Positions 34,390 through 45,879 of a stretch of DNA of 64,000 nt are shown here, one piece after another. Positions within the stretch are counted from its first letter, which is position 1. Every line of letters starts with the position of its first letter. The position numbers were made by a program, and so were the translations under genes. Origin of the DNA: Zootoca vivipara (Eukaryota); NCBI RefSeq assembly GCF_963506605.1, contig NC_083287.1, positions 58,590,001 to 58,654,000 on the forward strand. Direction: 5' to 3'. The notes under the pieces were generated by a model. The model was not told where the DNA came from and ran no database searches. It worked only from the letters and a program-made list of their open reading frames with translations.

Positions 34390-36390
34390 GGGCATTGGGA
34401 AAGCCACCGGTTCCGTCATGCTATTGAGCCGTCTGAAATCCACCACCAGGCGGCGCTGTTGTGTGTCTTTCTTGTCCACCCAGAAGACCGGGCTGCCCCC
34501 TGCTGCCTTGCTTTCTCTGATGAACCCCCGCTTGAGGTTCTTGTCTATGAACGCCCGCAGATCCTCCAGTTCCTGATCTGACATGGCGTACAGCTTGGCT
34601 GGGGGTAGCGTGGCCCCTGGCACCAGGTTGATCTGACAGTCAAAAGACCTGTGCGGGGGTAGGTGGTAGGATTCCGCTTTGCTGAAGACCTCCTGCAGGT
34701 CCCAGTACGGTTTGGGTATCGCCTCACCCCCTTTGACGTGCATGGTGGCCACCGTGGCTATCGGAGGCCCCTCCCCTGGTTGGTGCTGCATGCAATGTTC
34801 CAGACAAAAGTCCGATCCAAACGTGATGCATCTCTGGTGCCAACTGATGGAGGGGTCGTGGCGCGCCAGCCAGCTCATGCCCAAGACGATGGGGGGGTCT
34901 GAGATGGTGGTGACGTTGAATGCCAGTGTCTCTGAGTGCCGTCCCACAGTCATTCTCATGGGGGGGGGGGTTTGATGAGTGATGGCCCCTCCCAGCAACT
35001 CCCTGCCGTCAATGGTGGCTACGTGCAGGGGAAAATCCAGCTGCAGAAGTTGGATCTGGTGCTCTTCTGCAAAGTTTCTCGAAAAGAAGTTGGCAGACGC
35101 CCCCGAGTCAATTAACGCTAAGACCGTCAGGGGGTATCCATTTGGGAGCGTTAGCGTCACTTCTAGAACCACCCCTGCTCTGGGGTGGGGTGGGCTGGCG
35201 CTGCTCCTCGCTGTGCGGGTGGGCGGGCTGGGGCTGTTGTCTGCTGCTTGCGCCTGGCTGCTGCCCCTTGTCTCCTGCAGCCAGGCTGTCTCGTTTCCCT
35301 GCTGTTGTGCTGCGTCAGTGGGGAAGGGCACAACCGTTCCCGCCTTTCCTTGCCACTCCCTGCGATGTGGGCAGTCTCTGACGAGATGCTGAGGGGAGTT
35401 GCAGAGGAAGCAGTTCCCGCCCCTTCCCTCCTTGCGTCTTGGCGCCGCTGGGGTTTGAAAAGCCCCCCCGCGCGCGCTATCAATTTGCATGGGTTCCTGG
35501 TCTTGGCTGACCCCAGGCGTGGCTTGGAAGGGCTGTTGGGGGAGTGGCTTCTCCTGAGACCGTGGGAACCAAGCCCGCTTTGCGCGCGTTGCTTGCTTGT
35601 CGTTCCACCGGGATTCCTGTCTCACCCCCACCGCCAGAGCCGCTTTGCTCAGCTCATCCATACTATTGGGCTTTGGACCTCTCGAGAGCTCATCCTTGAC
35701 ATCCTCATGCAACCCCAAGTAGAACGCCGCTTGCATCGGAGCCGAATGCAGTTCCCACCCCAGTCTGTGCACCAGCATGGTGAATCTCGACCAATATTCG
35801 CGAACTGTCATTTTTCCCTGGCGTAAATTATGCAGTTCCTATTTGGTCTGGTCCATATGACTGTCAGACGCATACATTACTTTTAAAGCTTCTAAGAATA
35901 GTTTGACATTCTTCATGCAAGGATTTTTTGTCGCGATTAACGGTCTGAGCCACTCCCTTGCTGCCCCGGTAAGGTGTTCCACTATAAACGCTACTCTGTG
36001 CGCATCATCAGGGAACTCATCATTGTGCAGCTCAAGGGCATACAAAATCTCAGTCTCAAAGCCATGATACTCCCTCGGATCTCCGTTGAACTTGCTTACT
36101 AGGGTTCCCGCTCTCCTTCCTGGCAGCACTTGGAGTTGGGGGGCCCCTCCCACCTTGTTTCTCTCTGCATCCAACTTGTTCTGGAGGTCTACCGCCACCG
36201 CCCTTAATTGCTGCTCTTTTTCCTGTAGCGCTCTCACCTGTTCCGCAAGGTGTTGCCTGTCCTCCTGGACCTTCTTCGTCTCTTCTTTAGCTGCCTTTAA
36301 TTCCCCCTGTGCCTGCAACGCCAGTTGCTGCAAGTCCTGCTGGGCTTTCTCTGCGATCTGCCGCCATTTCTCCGCTTCTGGCGCGCTCAT
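34390..36390 (-). pseudogene. gag: Gag (CCHC knuckle), protease and start of RT
   Basis: ATG 36390; in-frame TAG at 35839-35841; CFLCNSPQHLVRDC; ALIDSGAS; RLVVDFRRLN. Confidence 0.9.
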
Positions 36391-36433
36391 CCCGGCAACT
36401 CCAAAGTAGCCCAAAAAATGATTCGGAGGTTGC

Positions 36434-36860
36434 TGTCACAGTGGCCGGAGCGGGCTACTTCAGAGTAACGACTCTACACAGCTCTGCATTTTATCTTTTA
36501 TTGGTGCTGCGTATTTACAGTGCTGAAGGCAATGCTATTTACACGGACAGATGTTCTCAGCTTGAATCAGAACCTCCGAATGGCGTTTGGCGTGTTTTTC
36601 TCCAACACAACAACTTGGGGAGACCCATCCTCTTCCCTCTCCGCTTTCTGCGCAATTCCGGAGTTGGGGGGATGGGTCTGCCCCCCTTGCTTGCCCCTTC
36701 CTGTCCCACCTGGGACCCTGGCTCCGCTACTTTGTCTGAGCCTCGGACACGACTTCCTGCTTCCCCACTGGAATCGGAACTCTCTCTGCTTTCCCCTGCG
36801 CTCGGGGATGGGCTTGAACTCAGGAGGGGAGGGACTTCGCGATATCCCCTGTCCCTCACA
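36434..36860 (-). repeat. 5' LTR
   Basis: Direct repeat of 29068-29494; followed by non-tRNA PBS. Confidence 0.97.
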
Positions 36861-39286
36861 ACAACGCTTTGTTTACAAACACTACTGTTTTGCAAAGAGG
36901 CAGCGCGCGCCAGGGAGGAGGGAGGGGAATGGAGAAGACAGGGTACCTGCGCAGTAGCACACAAATGGAGCCGACGCGCGCAAAGCATCTTGGGGAGGTG
37001 AGCGTTAGTAGAATGCGCGCGCTGCCTCTTTGCAAAACAGTAGTGTTTGTAAAGCGCCACCTAACGGCATACAGCAGAACTACTGCCTCTATCTAATTCT
37101 AGTTTTGTGCTAGACTCTGCTCATGCAGGAATTGGCCAAAACAAAAAATCTGTTATCATACGAAATATATTTAATATATTTTTTATTCTAATAGCATCTT
37201 GCGGACCCCTCTGGCTTAGCTCGCGGACCCCTGGGGGTCCGCGGACCACCTGTTGGGAACCACTGCTTTAATTTATTATTCCTATTACCCTTGTTTTTAA
37301 AAAGCAAATTAAATGGTATTCCAAAAAGTAAAGAAAAAGGCAACACACGGAGGCCCCATCTGCGTTCAGTCATGGCTTCTAGTGCTGTGCGATGGATCGG
37401 TAAGTTTTCTGACATTGGTATGGCATTCTGATCACAGTACTGGTTTTAGACATTTTGAGCTGTGCTGGCCGGGGATCTGTAATCTATTCCTAGCTCAGAT
37501 TGCCTGCAGATGACAAAAGCGCAGGCAGGCAGGTGGGGGAGGCAGAAAAGGTGCTCCCCTTCTCCATCTCCATCCACCTGCCTGCCTCCCCCCCCCAAGC
37601 TGAGCAAGCCCCAATACCTCTGGAACTCACCAGAACTCTTGGAAGTCCCTGGAAGGGGAAGCACAGAAGTTGTGGGGAAGGATGAGGGAGACGACCTGAT
37701 CTGGTCAACCGTCCATCTTCCCCCTTCCATCCTCTCTAGCTTGGCAGGATCCGTCTCTTTCATCCTTCCTGAGGAGTCAAGGAGCCAAAACAAGCTGCAG
37801 GGTCCTGGGAGAAAGGAAGAAGGAAAGGGAGCCTCAGAGGCCCTGCAGGGATTCTCCTGCCCTATTCTCCTGCCCCTGGAGAAGCACAAATGGGGCAGCC
37901 CCTTCCCAAGAGAAACCCCATTTCTAAACATCTCCAGTGGTTCCAATTTCACCTGTTTGCTCCTCACCCCACTTTGCAAGGCTGGCATGGTCTGCACAGT
38001 AGTGACCTGAGTGCAGATCCCATTGAACTCAGTGGGATTATGGACAGAACTTGGTGCTAAAACCAGTCACCATTCTGTCCCCAGGCCTGAAAACTGCAAC
38101 CCCAGAGCATGGGCAGAAAACAGACGAGTAGCTATTACATGTAGGTGCTTTGTATGGAGAGCCCTGTTGACGCTCTTTGAGCTCTCTCATGGCAAGCCAG
38201 GCAGGTGTTGTGGCCCTATTTGCCTCTGTCTGGGGTTCCAGGGGGACCAAATCTGTATGTGGAAGCTGAGGAGCTGGTGATGCCATGTTTCTGAAATATA
38301 ATGAGACGAATACACCACTCCTCCTTAGATATTGTGTGTGTTTATACACCATCTTTGCAAGTCTCCAGTCTCAAAATGTGGCCCCCACCCTGGCATGGAA
38401 GCCGTCAAAGTATAGATCTTCCACATGTCCTAAATCTGTAGTGTTCTTAAGAACACCAGGCATGCAGACCCTTTAAAAAAACCTCCAGAGGTGAGCTTTA
38501 CACTCCTCTTGTGACAAGATTCCCAAAGGCTTATCATTGCTTGATAGAACTAGCCTCTTTTGAGATTGCACCAATTTCCATTTCTTGTTTATCAAAACCC
38601 ACAGCCTCTCTGCTATATTTCCCCCAGAAGGTTTTACAAGTACCTATCAGGATGGTAAGAATTTTATTACAGTGAGCCAAGAAGGATTTTATGTGTTCCA
38701 TGTCCTCTGTTAGTAGTAGTACAAGGCATCAATGACTGATAATCCCTCATTTGTCCCAGAAGGTTGGGAGAAGGAGTCTTATCCTTGCTTTAGCATTCCC
38801 TGAGAATAGATCTGAAATTTGCTTTCACATTAGTTCTTCTCCATGTTTAGCCTGAATAGGGGAGAGACATGTTTTGTTTCATCTGGGACAGAGGAAGTGG
38901 TCCGCTAGTGCTGCTGCAGATGCAAAAGGGCTTTTCTTCTCCCTGTGCTCCTCCCATGTGCAAATGTTCCCGTCTGGCTACAGCCTCTGTTAACAAATGT
39001 GTCTTATCCCCAAACCTGAAAGGGGTTTCTTTGCAAGCCCAGTTTTCCTTGACCCAAAGCCCCCTCCCCCAAAAGGAAGGCAGCATCTGGATCCCAAGGA
39101 AGAAGAGAGCTGCAGACCTCCTGCAAACTCGCCCGCTCCCTGGCTTGGCAGAGAAGAAGGGGGACAGGACCTTCTGCTCCCTGACTTGGGGGTCTTCCCA
39201 ATGATCTAAACAGGAACCCCCATTCACCCTCCCTGCACTCCTGGAACCCCCAGGACAGCCTAAGGGGGAAGAGAGAGGAGACTCAC

Positions 39287-39500
39287 CGGAGTCCAGGAGG
39301 GGCACCGAGGAAGTTTGGCGAAGGAGAGAGAAGTAAGCAGCCTCCTCTCTGCCTGCAGGAAGGGATGTGGGAGGGAGGGAATTTGGACATGGAGGACCTT
39401 GCCCTCTCTCAGCCTCCACTTCCTGTCCTCTCTAGGAATGCAGCTCTGCAGCTTTTAACCCTTGGCAAGCTGAGTTCACCCCTCCCTCTCCTGCTCTGCA
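39287..39500 (-). promoter_or_regulatory. ZNF-type first-exon module (orphan)
   Basis: CCG|GTGAGTC donor; CTCTCTAGGAATGCAGC core. Confidence 0.5.
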
Positions 39501-40646
39501 GTTTTCCCGCTTCTGTGCTAGCGCTCAAGGGGTTGCCCCTCCCCCTCCTCTATCTGTGCCAAGGACTCTGCCCCAAGGAGCCCAAATCTTATCCAAATTA
39601 ACTGCAAGGGAGACAGGGGTTCCCCACTACTATTCTGTCACATACCCTTGGATCCATAATTTGAAACAGCTACATATTGTTAAACTTTAGAAATTCATAA
39701 GAAGTCACATCATTGTATCAATCTTCTCAGTTCCAATGGCATTTAGGACCCAGGAAAGTGAGGCATAAGGGGAGGGGTCAGTGAGCCCCCCATGACCGGT
39801 GAGATCCTGCCCCAAGAGTGGGGCCAAGCCTGGAACCCAGGTTCTACCTGAGACCACACCTTTTCTGTGACAGATCTATGATGTCTTGAGGATGCTTCTG
39901 GAGATGTATTATGGGAATCCCTAATCCCAGAATCCCAGAAGGGACCAGCAGGGAAGTATTGGAGCCAGAGAGGGGGGTGAAGGGGAGAGGCTCCATGGGG
40001 CCCAGACTCTGAGAGGGAGAGAGAAGAGGCTGCATCTCCTGTCTTGCAGGAGAGTCAGCAAGAAAAACAGCTACCAGATTTTTAGAAGACATCTGAAGGC
40101 AGCCCTGTTTAGGGAGGCTTTTAATGTTTAATAGATTATTTTATTTTATTTTTCTGTTGGAAGCCGCCCAGACTGGCTGGGGAAACCCAGCCATATGTGC
40201 AGGGTATACATAATAAATTCTTATTATTATTTGCATCCTCTCCTCTCCAGGAAGGCAGCTCAGCTCCTTGGAACCCTGGCAAACCCAGGGCAGCCCTGGC
40301 TCTCTCCTTTTCTCCACGGAGAGGCTTCCCTTGAGGCTCTGGGCTGGAGACGTGAGCTGATGTGGAGGAAGGCCTGGCAGGGGGGAAAGGAGGGCCTGGC
40401 AGGGGCTCCTTCATCGGAAGGGGGATTCTGGGCATTCCTCCCCCCCAGACCCAGAGAGGAAGCAGCGCCTGGATGCAAAGGAAGAGCAGAGCTCCAGAGA
40501 GGAATTTGGGGGGGGGGCAGCAGGACCCTCTGCTCCCAGACTTGGGGGTCTCCCCCTGCCATTCAGAAGCAGAACCGCCCCCTGCAGCCCTGGGACCCCC
40601 TTCTCCCCCAGGCACCCCAAGGGGGAAGAGAGAGGATGAGACTCAC

Positions 40647-40850
40647 CGGATTCTTCTCAGGAGGGAAACCGAGGCAGCACGTGGAGGAGACAAGAGACAC
40701 AGGAAGGGGCTGGGTATGCGGGAGGGGGGGTCTGCTCTGGAGGACCTTCCCCATCTCTCTACTTCCTGTCCTCTCTAGGACTCCAGCTCTGTTCGAATTA
40801 ACGCTTCGGAAGCTGAGCACAGCCAGCTGGCCACTCTCCCTCCCTCCCAG
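40647..40850 (-). promoter_or_regulatory. ZNF-type first-exon module (orphan)
   Basis: CCG|GTGAGTC donor; CTCTCTAGGACTCCAGC core. Confidence 0.5.
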
Positions 40851-40869
40851 AATTCGGATGGTCCAGACG

Positions 40870-41005
40870 CAGGCATCCCCAAACTTCGGCCCTCCAGATG
40901 TTTTGGACTACAATTCCCATCATCCCTGACCACTGGTCCTGTTAGCTAGGGATCATGGGAATTGTAGGCTAAAACATCTGGAGGGCCGCAGTTTGGGGAT
41001 GCCTG
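40870..41005. mobile_element. hAT Charlie-type MITE (~135 bp)
   Basis: CAGGCATCCCCAAAC...GTTTGGGGATGCCTG; same family as 13268, 53143, 53358, 62925. Confidence 0.85.
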
Positions 41006-41106
41006 GTTCAGAGAATGTGCAGAGTTCTCTGTGATTCTCGGCTCAGAGGCCATCAAAACAAAAGCCTCGTACCTTGCCCCCAGATGGGTGGGGTATAAAG
41101 AATAAA

Positions 41107-41341
41107 CTTGGTCACCTCATGAGAAGAGAAGACTCCCTGGAAAAGACCCTGATGTTGGGAAAGATGGAGGGCACAAGGAGAAGGGGACGACAGAGGCCGA
41201 GATGGTTGGACAGTGTTCTCGAAGCTACAAACATGAGTTTGACCAAATTGCGGGAGGCAGTGGAAGACAGGAGTGCCTGGCGTGCTATGGTCCATGGGGT
41301 CACGAAGAGTCGGACACGACTAAACGACTCAACAACAACAA
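41107..41341 (+). mobile_element. BovB 3' end
   Basis: GHLMRREDSLEKTLMLGKMEG..RWLDSV..KSRTRLND, (CAA)n tail. Confidence 0.9.
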
Positions 41342-41439
41342 TCTTCTTATTCTTCTTATTCTTCACCTGTTCAGTAGCAGACTGCAAGTCTGTTGCCATA
41401 TTAGGAGGGGCCTTGAGAGAGACCCCAGTCCCTTTAGAG

Positions 41440-41585
41440 CAAATGGCTCCGGTGGTAAAGCAGGAGACTCTCGATCTCAGGGCCGTAGGTTGGAGCGCCA
41501 CGTGAGGCAAAAGATTCCTGCCTTGCAGGGGGTTGGACTGGATGACCCTCGGGGTCCCTTCCAACTGGAGAATTCTGTGAATCTA
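41440..41585 (+). mobile_element. Short tRNA-head/CR1-tail SINE (Squam3-like)
   Basis: Degenerate A/B boxes then GCAGGGGGTTGGACTGGATGACCCTC..CCCTTCCAACT. Confidence 0.55.
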
Positions 41586-41899
41586 TTCAATGTAAAAGAA
41601 TCAGTACATTTCCTAGCTGGAGAACTCGGTCCAAACTTATAAAGAGAACTTCCACAGGGACAAATGTCAGGTTCTGGATTTAGGCAGGAAGAACCAGAGG
41701 CACAAATCTCAGATGGGGCGCCCCCGGCTCGCTGCTCTCCCTCCCGCCTCATTCCCAAATTCTGGAGGGCTGGGAGAGGCAGCTGGTTTTCTGCTGTATC
41801 CAATTGAGCTTTAGAATCTTAGAATCTATAGAATTTGGGGGGGTTGAAAGGGACCCCTGAGGGTCATCTAGTCTAGGGGGAGGGAAGACTGGCAGGATT

Positions 41900-42240
41900 T
41901 TTGCCTGTCGCAAAGCCGGGGGGAGATTGGTAGGAAAGGAAAAGGCGGGCTTCGAGCGGGAGATTGGCAGCGAGGCTTCGCGCAGGCGCAGTAAGGAGCT
42001 CCCCCCCCCGCGCTGGCCTTAAGCGGGCTTCCACCACGGAGGGGCTCCAGAGTCCTAGAGCGGCACTCCCTGCCATTCGCTAAGTAAGAGACCCCCGAGG
42101 ACTAGAGCGGAGACATCCTTTATCCGCCAGCCGACGGAGAGCGCCCGCTTCCCGCTTCCGCCGGAAGTTAAGGTTGGGGAAGTTGTTCGAGGCGGCACCG
42201 GAGGGCTCGGTCACGGGACGGAGCATCGGCGGCGGCGGCG
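41900..42240 (+). promoter_or_regulatory. CpG-island promoter and 5' UTR of LAMTOR4
   Basis: High CpG; ETS/GABP-type CTTCCGCCGGAAGT at ~42156-42168; GCGCAGGCGCA NRF1-like site at ~41980. Confidence 0.75.
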
Positions 42241-44374
42241 ATGGTGGGCGGCTCCTCTTCCCCCTCTCCCCGCGGGTGGGGGAGGGGAGAGCGACCCCCC
42301 CGACTGACCCCCCGCCCCCTGACTTTCTTTCTCCCCCCAGGCGGCGACGGCGGCGTTGACTCAGGGGCTGGAGCGGGTCCCCGACCAGACCGGCTACCTG
42401 GTCATCTGCGACGGGGCGGTGCTGGCGGTGAGGAGGGGCCTTGGGACACGGAGGAGACCCCCCCCCCGGGAGCTGGGAGAGGCCGGGGCTCACCTCTCTC
42501 CTTGGAAGCAGAACTCTTTATATTGGGGGGGGGGGCGGAGTGGGCAGGCAGGCTGTTTAGGGAAGTTTTTAATGTTTAATCCTGTATTGTGTTTTTCATA
42601 TTCGATTGGGAGCCGCCCAGAGGGGCTGGGGAGGCCCGGCCAGATGGGCGGGGTATAAATAATAAATTATTACTATTATTATTCTCAGCCTACCTCGCAG
42701 GGCTGTTGTCAGGGGAGAGTTAAATGCGGGTGGCGGAGATGGGGGGGAGTGGGCAGGGATGCCCTGCGATGCCTACTGACAAAGGACTCCTCTTCTTTTT
42801 CTCCCTGCCCTGCCAGTCTTCGGGCGACCTGGAGAACGACGAGCGGACGGCCGGGTTGATCTCGGAGCTGGTGAACACGGCCTGCGCCTTCCGCCTGCCC
42901 CGCTGCCCTGAGGTGCCTTTCCGGCGTATCTCTGGTGAGAAGGGGGCAGACCCCCCAGCACTCGCAGGCGGGCTTACTCCATGGGGGCTCCTTGGATACA
43001 AAGGGGAGCGGGGCTGCATCCCACCCTTTTGGTGGGAAAGGTCGGGGGCGAGGTCACAGGTTTTTGAGAGGAACTCAGGGGAGCCTGGATTCCTCTTGGC
43101 CCTTCTTGGCGCCTGCTGTTCCTCCTCCCCCGTTCCAGCTGCTGACTGGGGTGAGGAATCCTCTCCTTTGCCCAGCAGCAGACGCTTCTCCCTCTCTCCT
43201 TCCTTGAGGCTGTTCCTCTGGGGATCTGTTCTGTGTAAGGTTGAACTCGGAGCTTCCCTGATGCGTCCTGTTCTTCCCCCTTTCACCAGACCCTAAAGGA
43301 GAGCCAGGCAGGTGGTGGGGACAGCTAGAATGGTGGGCAAGGAAGGCTCAGCATCCCCTCCCCTGAGCTATGGCACCCTCCTGGGCAGCCATCAGAGCAC
43401 CTGCCTTGCATGCAGAAGGTCCCATGGTGGCTCCCCGATGGCATCTCCAGATATGTCTGCAGAGTCTAGTGGATTTACTGCCAGTCAGCGAAGACAGCAC
43501 AGGGCTCAATGGACTGAATGGTCTTCCTTGGGAGAAGCACCTTCCTGTCACTGAGCCTGACCTACCTCAGAGGGATGCGAGGAGGAAATGGGGTGACCGA
43601 CCCATCAGTGAAGGAGTGGGCTTGTTCTGCAGTGCGCTCTTTGTGGGGCTTCCTTGAAACTGCTGTCGGATCGAAGCAGGATGCTGCAGCACAATTGCTG
43701 GCAGGAGTGAGGCCTTGTCAGCATATAACACTTGTACTCGGAGACCTGCTCTGGCTGCCCATTTGCTACCAGGCCAAGTTTAAGATGGGGATAATTAGAA
43801 TGTAAAGCCCTTAACAACTTGGGACCGGTTTACCTATGAGATCACCTGAGCCCACATGTACCAGCCTGACCACTTAGGTTGGCTACAGGTGCCATATAAT
43901 GCACACATCGCAGTTGTACGAACTTAATCGCTTAACCTAAGCCCTGGAACTCCCTGCCTATGGACGTTAGGCAGGTGCCTTCAATTGCACTTTTCTCGAT
44001 GCCTGCTAAAAAAACATGCAAAACAAGCCCGCACTGGCGTTCAGAGTTGGTGCCAGTTTTAATCAGTTTTTAGTCTATATTAACTTTCCGAAAGTTTAAA
44101 ATTGCTGCTGTTAATCTTCCTCAGTGATAATATTATATACTGCTTTGAGGTTTTATTATAACCAGACTGTGTATAAATATATGAAATAAGTACAGAAATG
44201 CATCCAAGCACCCTGCTGGGGGTCTCACCTCTCCTAATACCCTTATTGGGGTCTCTCTCTCTGTGTCCCCCCCCAGTGGTATTTGGGGAGCACTCCTTCC
44301 TCGTGACCATCTCTGGTCAGAAGCTGTTTGTGGTGAAGAGGCAGAACAGCGTCCGGGAGCCTGTGATCGTCTGA
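42241..44374 (+). CDS. LAMTOR4: Ragulator complex protein LAMTOR4 (101 aa)
   Basis: Exons 42241-42243 (ATG), 42341-42427, 42817-42934, 44277-44374, all GT-AG; [101 protein letters not shown]. Confidence 0.96.
43600..44050 (+). mobile_element. Old L2 LINE fragment (LAMTOR4 intron 3)
   Basis: [31 protein letters not shown]. Confidence 0.7.
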
Positions 44375-44606
44375 ACTCAACCTGCCCGCTTCTGCTGTTA
44401 CTGTGACTTTGGGAGTGGGGGACTCAAGGAGAGTTCGGGAACAAAGCACCTTCTTTTTTGTATGTGTGTGGGGCTCATCCCTGTGTTGATACTGGATCAC
44501 GAGAGGGCAGACGGCTCCTTGGATGCGTTGTACATACTGCTTAAAGGCTTTGTGCCGCTGGAGGTTTGCTCCATATAGCTGTGGGCGTGATGGCGGTATC
44601 ATGTAA

Positions 44607-44612
44607 AATAAA
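44607..44612 (+). terminator. Probable LAMTOR4 polyadenylation signal
   Basis: First AATAAA, ~230 nt after the stop. Confidence 0.7.
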
Positions 44613-45282
44613 GTTCTTTGGAAAGAGACAACTAACCTGGTGGACTAGCTGTTTAGTAGAATCATGGAATATTAGGGTTGGAAGGGGTCCCTGGGGTCAT
44701 CTAGCCCAACCCCCTGCAATGCTAAAGAACCCGACAGGTAGCCACCCAGCCTCTCTCTCAAAATCTCCAATGAAGGAGAGCTCACCACCTTCCGCAGTCA
44801 TAGGACTATACTGTTGAAAGGGACCCTGAGTGACATCTAGTCCAGCCCCCTGCAATGCAGGAATCAAGCAAAGAATCTGTGGCAGATGGCCATCCAGCCT
44901 CTGCTTAAAAACCTCCAAGGGAAGAGGTTTCTCAGAGGTTCTCTGTTTCTCGTATGGCAGCAGAAGGGCCTGAGAGCGAAGGCAACCTGGGGGTCAGGAA
45001 ATGGCACACTCCCCCCCCCCCAAAAGGCCTGGATGTATCTGGGTAGCCTGGTTCGTTAGGTGATCAGCAGAGCACTCATATAATAGCCTTGCTATCCCTT
45101 TGGCCTGATTAGTTTCTTTTTAGCAATGGCACCACATAAATAAGATTAAGGTTTTGCTGGCACGGAAATACGCTCAATACCACGCCCAAGGAATACAGAG
45201 AAATAAATCACAAACTAAACAACTCTGTATATGGCATTAAAAAATACATTAACAATAATACACAACATTTCAACACCTAATA

Positions 45283-45569
45283 CAGTGGTGCCTCGCTTAA
45301 CAAACGCCCCGTAAGACAAAAATTTCACTTAAAGAAAGGATTTTTCTAGCGGAGGTTGCCTCGCTAGACAAATTCGTTTTACGAAAAATTCGTCTAGCGA
45401 ATCGCGGTTTCCCATAGGAATGTATTGAAATTCAATTAATGCGTTCCTATGGGCAATTTTTTTTAAAAAAAAAATATTCAATGCATTCCTATGGGATTCG
45501 CTAGACAAATTTTTCGTTATAAGAATAGACCCGTGGAACGAATTAAATTCGTCTAGTGAGGCACCACTG
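45283..45569. mobile_element. Tigger/pogo-type MITE
   Basis: TA|CAGTGGTGCCTCGC...GTGAGGCACCACTG|TA; internally palindromic. Confidence 0.88.
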
Positions 45570-45879
45570 TACATAGAATCAAATAATATCTGCCATGCCA
45601 AAATAATAACCACATAACAATATCTCAAAGCCAAACAATTCAAATATTCCTGGAAGAAGTCCATGAGAATGACTCTCTGTATAGACGGGTGCTGGTGCAA
45701 TCCGAATGGAACTCCCGATGATGAGATACCCGGCTTTCAATCTCTGTTTTGTGAATCTTCTGGTTGGCCTGTAAAGGAACTACCGGTATATAATGGCAAT
45801 TTTGTGCTCCAACAAATAAATCGGCTCCGAACTTAGAATGACATACTGCTCTTTTTTGAAAAGGCCATATAGTGTGACA

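Larger units (their letters stand above)
29068..36860 (-). mobile_element. Full-length Ty3/Gypsy chromovirus (Tf1/sushi group), young but disabled
   Basis: 427-bp LTRs 29068-29494 and 36434-36860 (TG..CA; only two CpG transitions seen), 5-bp TSD ACAAC, PPT GGGAGGGGGGTGGA, order gag-PR-RT-RH-IN-chromo. Confidence 0.97.
28753..37265 (-). mobile_element. hAT (Charlie/Buster-type) deletion derivative hosting the Gypsy element
   Basis: TIR CAGGGGTTCCCAAC/GTTGGGAACCACTG; perfect 8-bp TSD CTTTAATT; transposase-like start MDRWLKSGSLK at ~29029 on minus strand. Confidence 0.88.

Noticed and set aside
35839-35841. Programmed stop-codon readthrough in gag
   Set aside because: TAG lies mid-capsid before the zinc knuckle, lacks a CARYYA context, and is one substitution from GAG; a separate frameshift signal exists.
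29068-36860. Gypsy element as the source of neighbouring SCAN domains
   Set aside because: SCAN derives from Gmr1-like Gag (IN before RT); this element has sushi-type RT-RH-IN-chromo order and no visible SCAN similarity.
42724-43296. 190-aa ORF as a stand-alone gene
   Set aside because: Only 42817-42934 is coding (LAMTOR4 exon 3); the rest is GC-rich intron.
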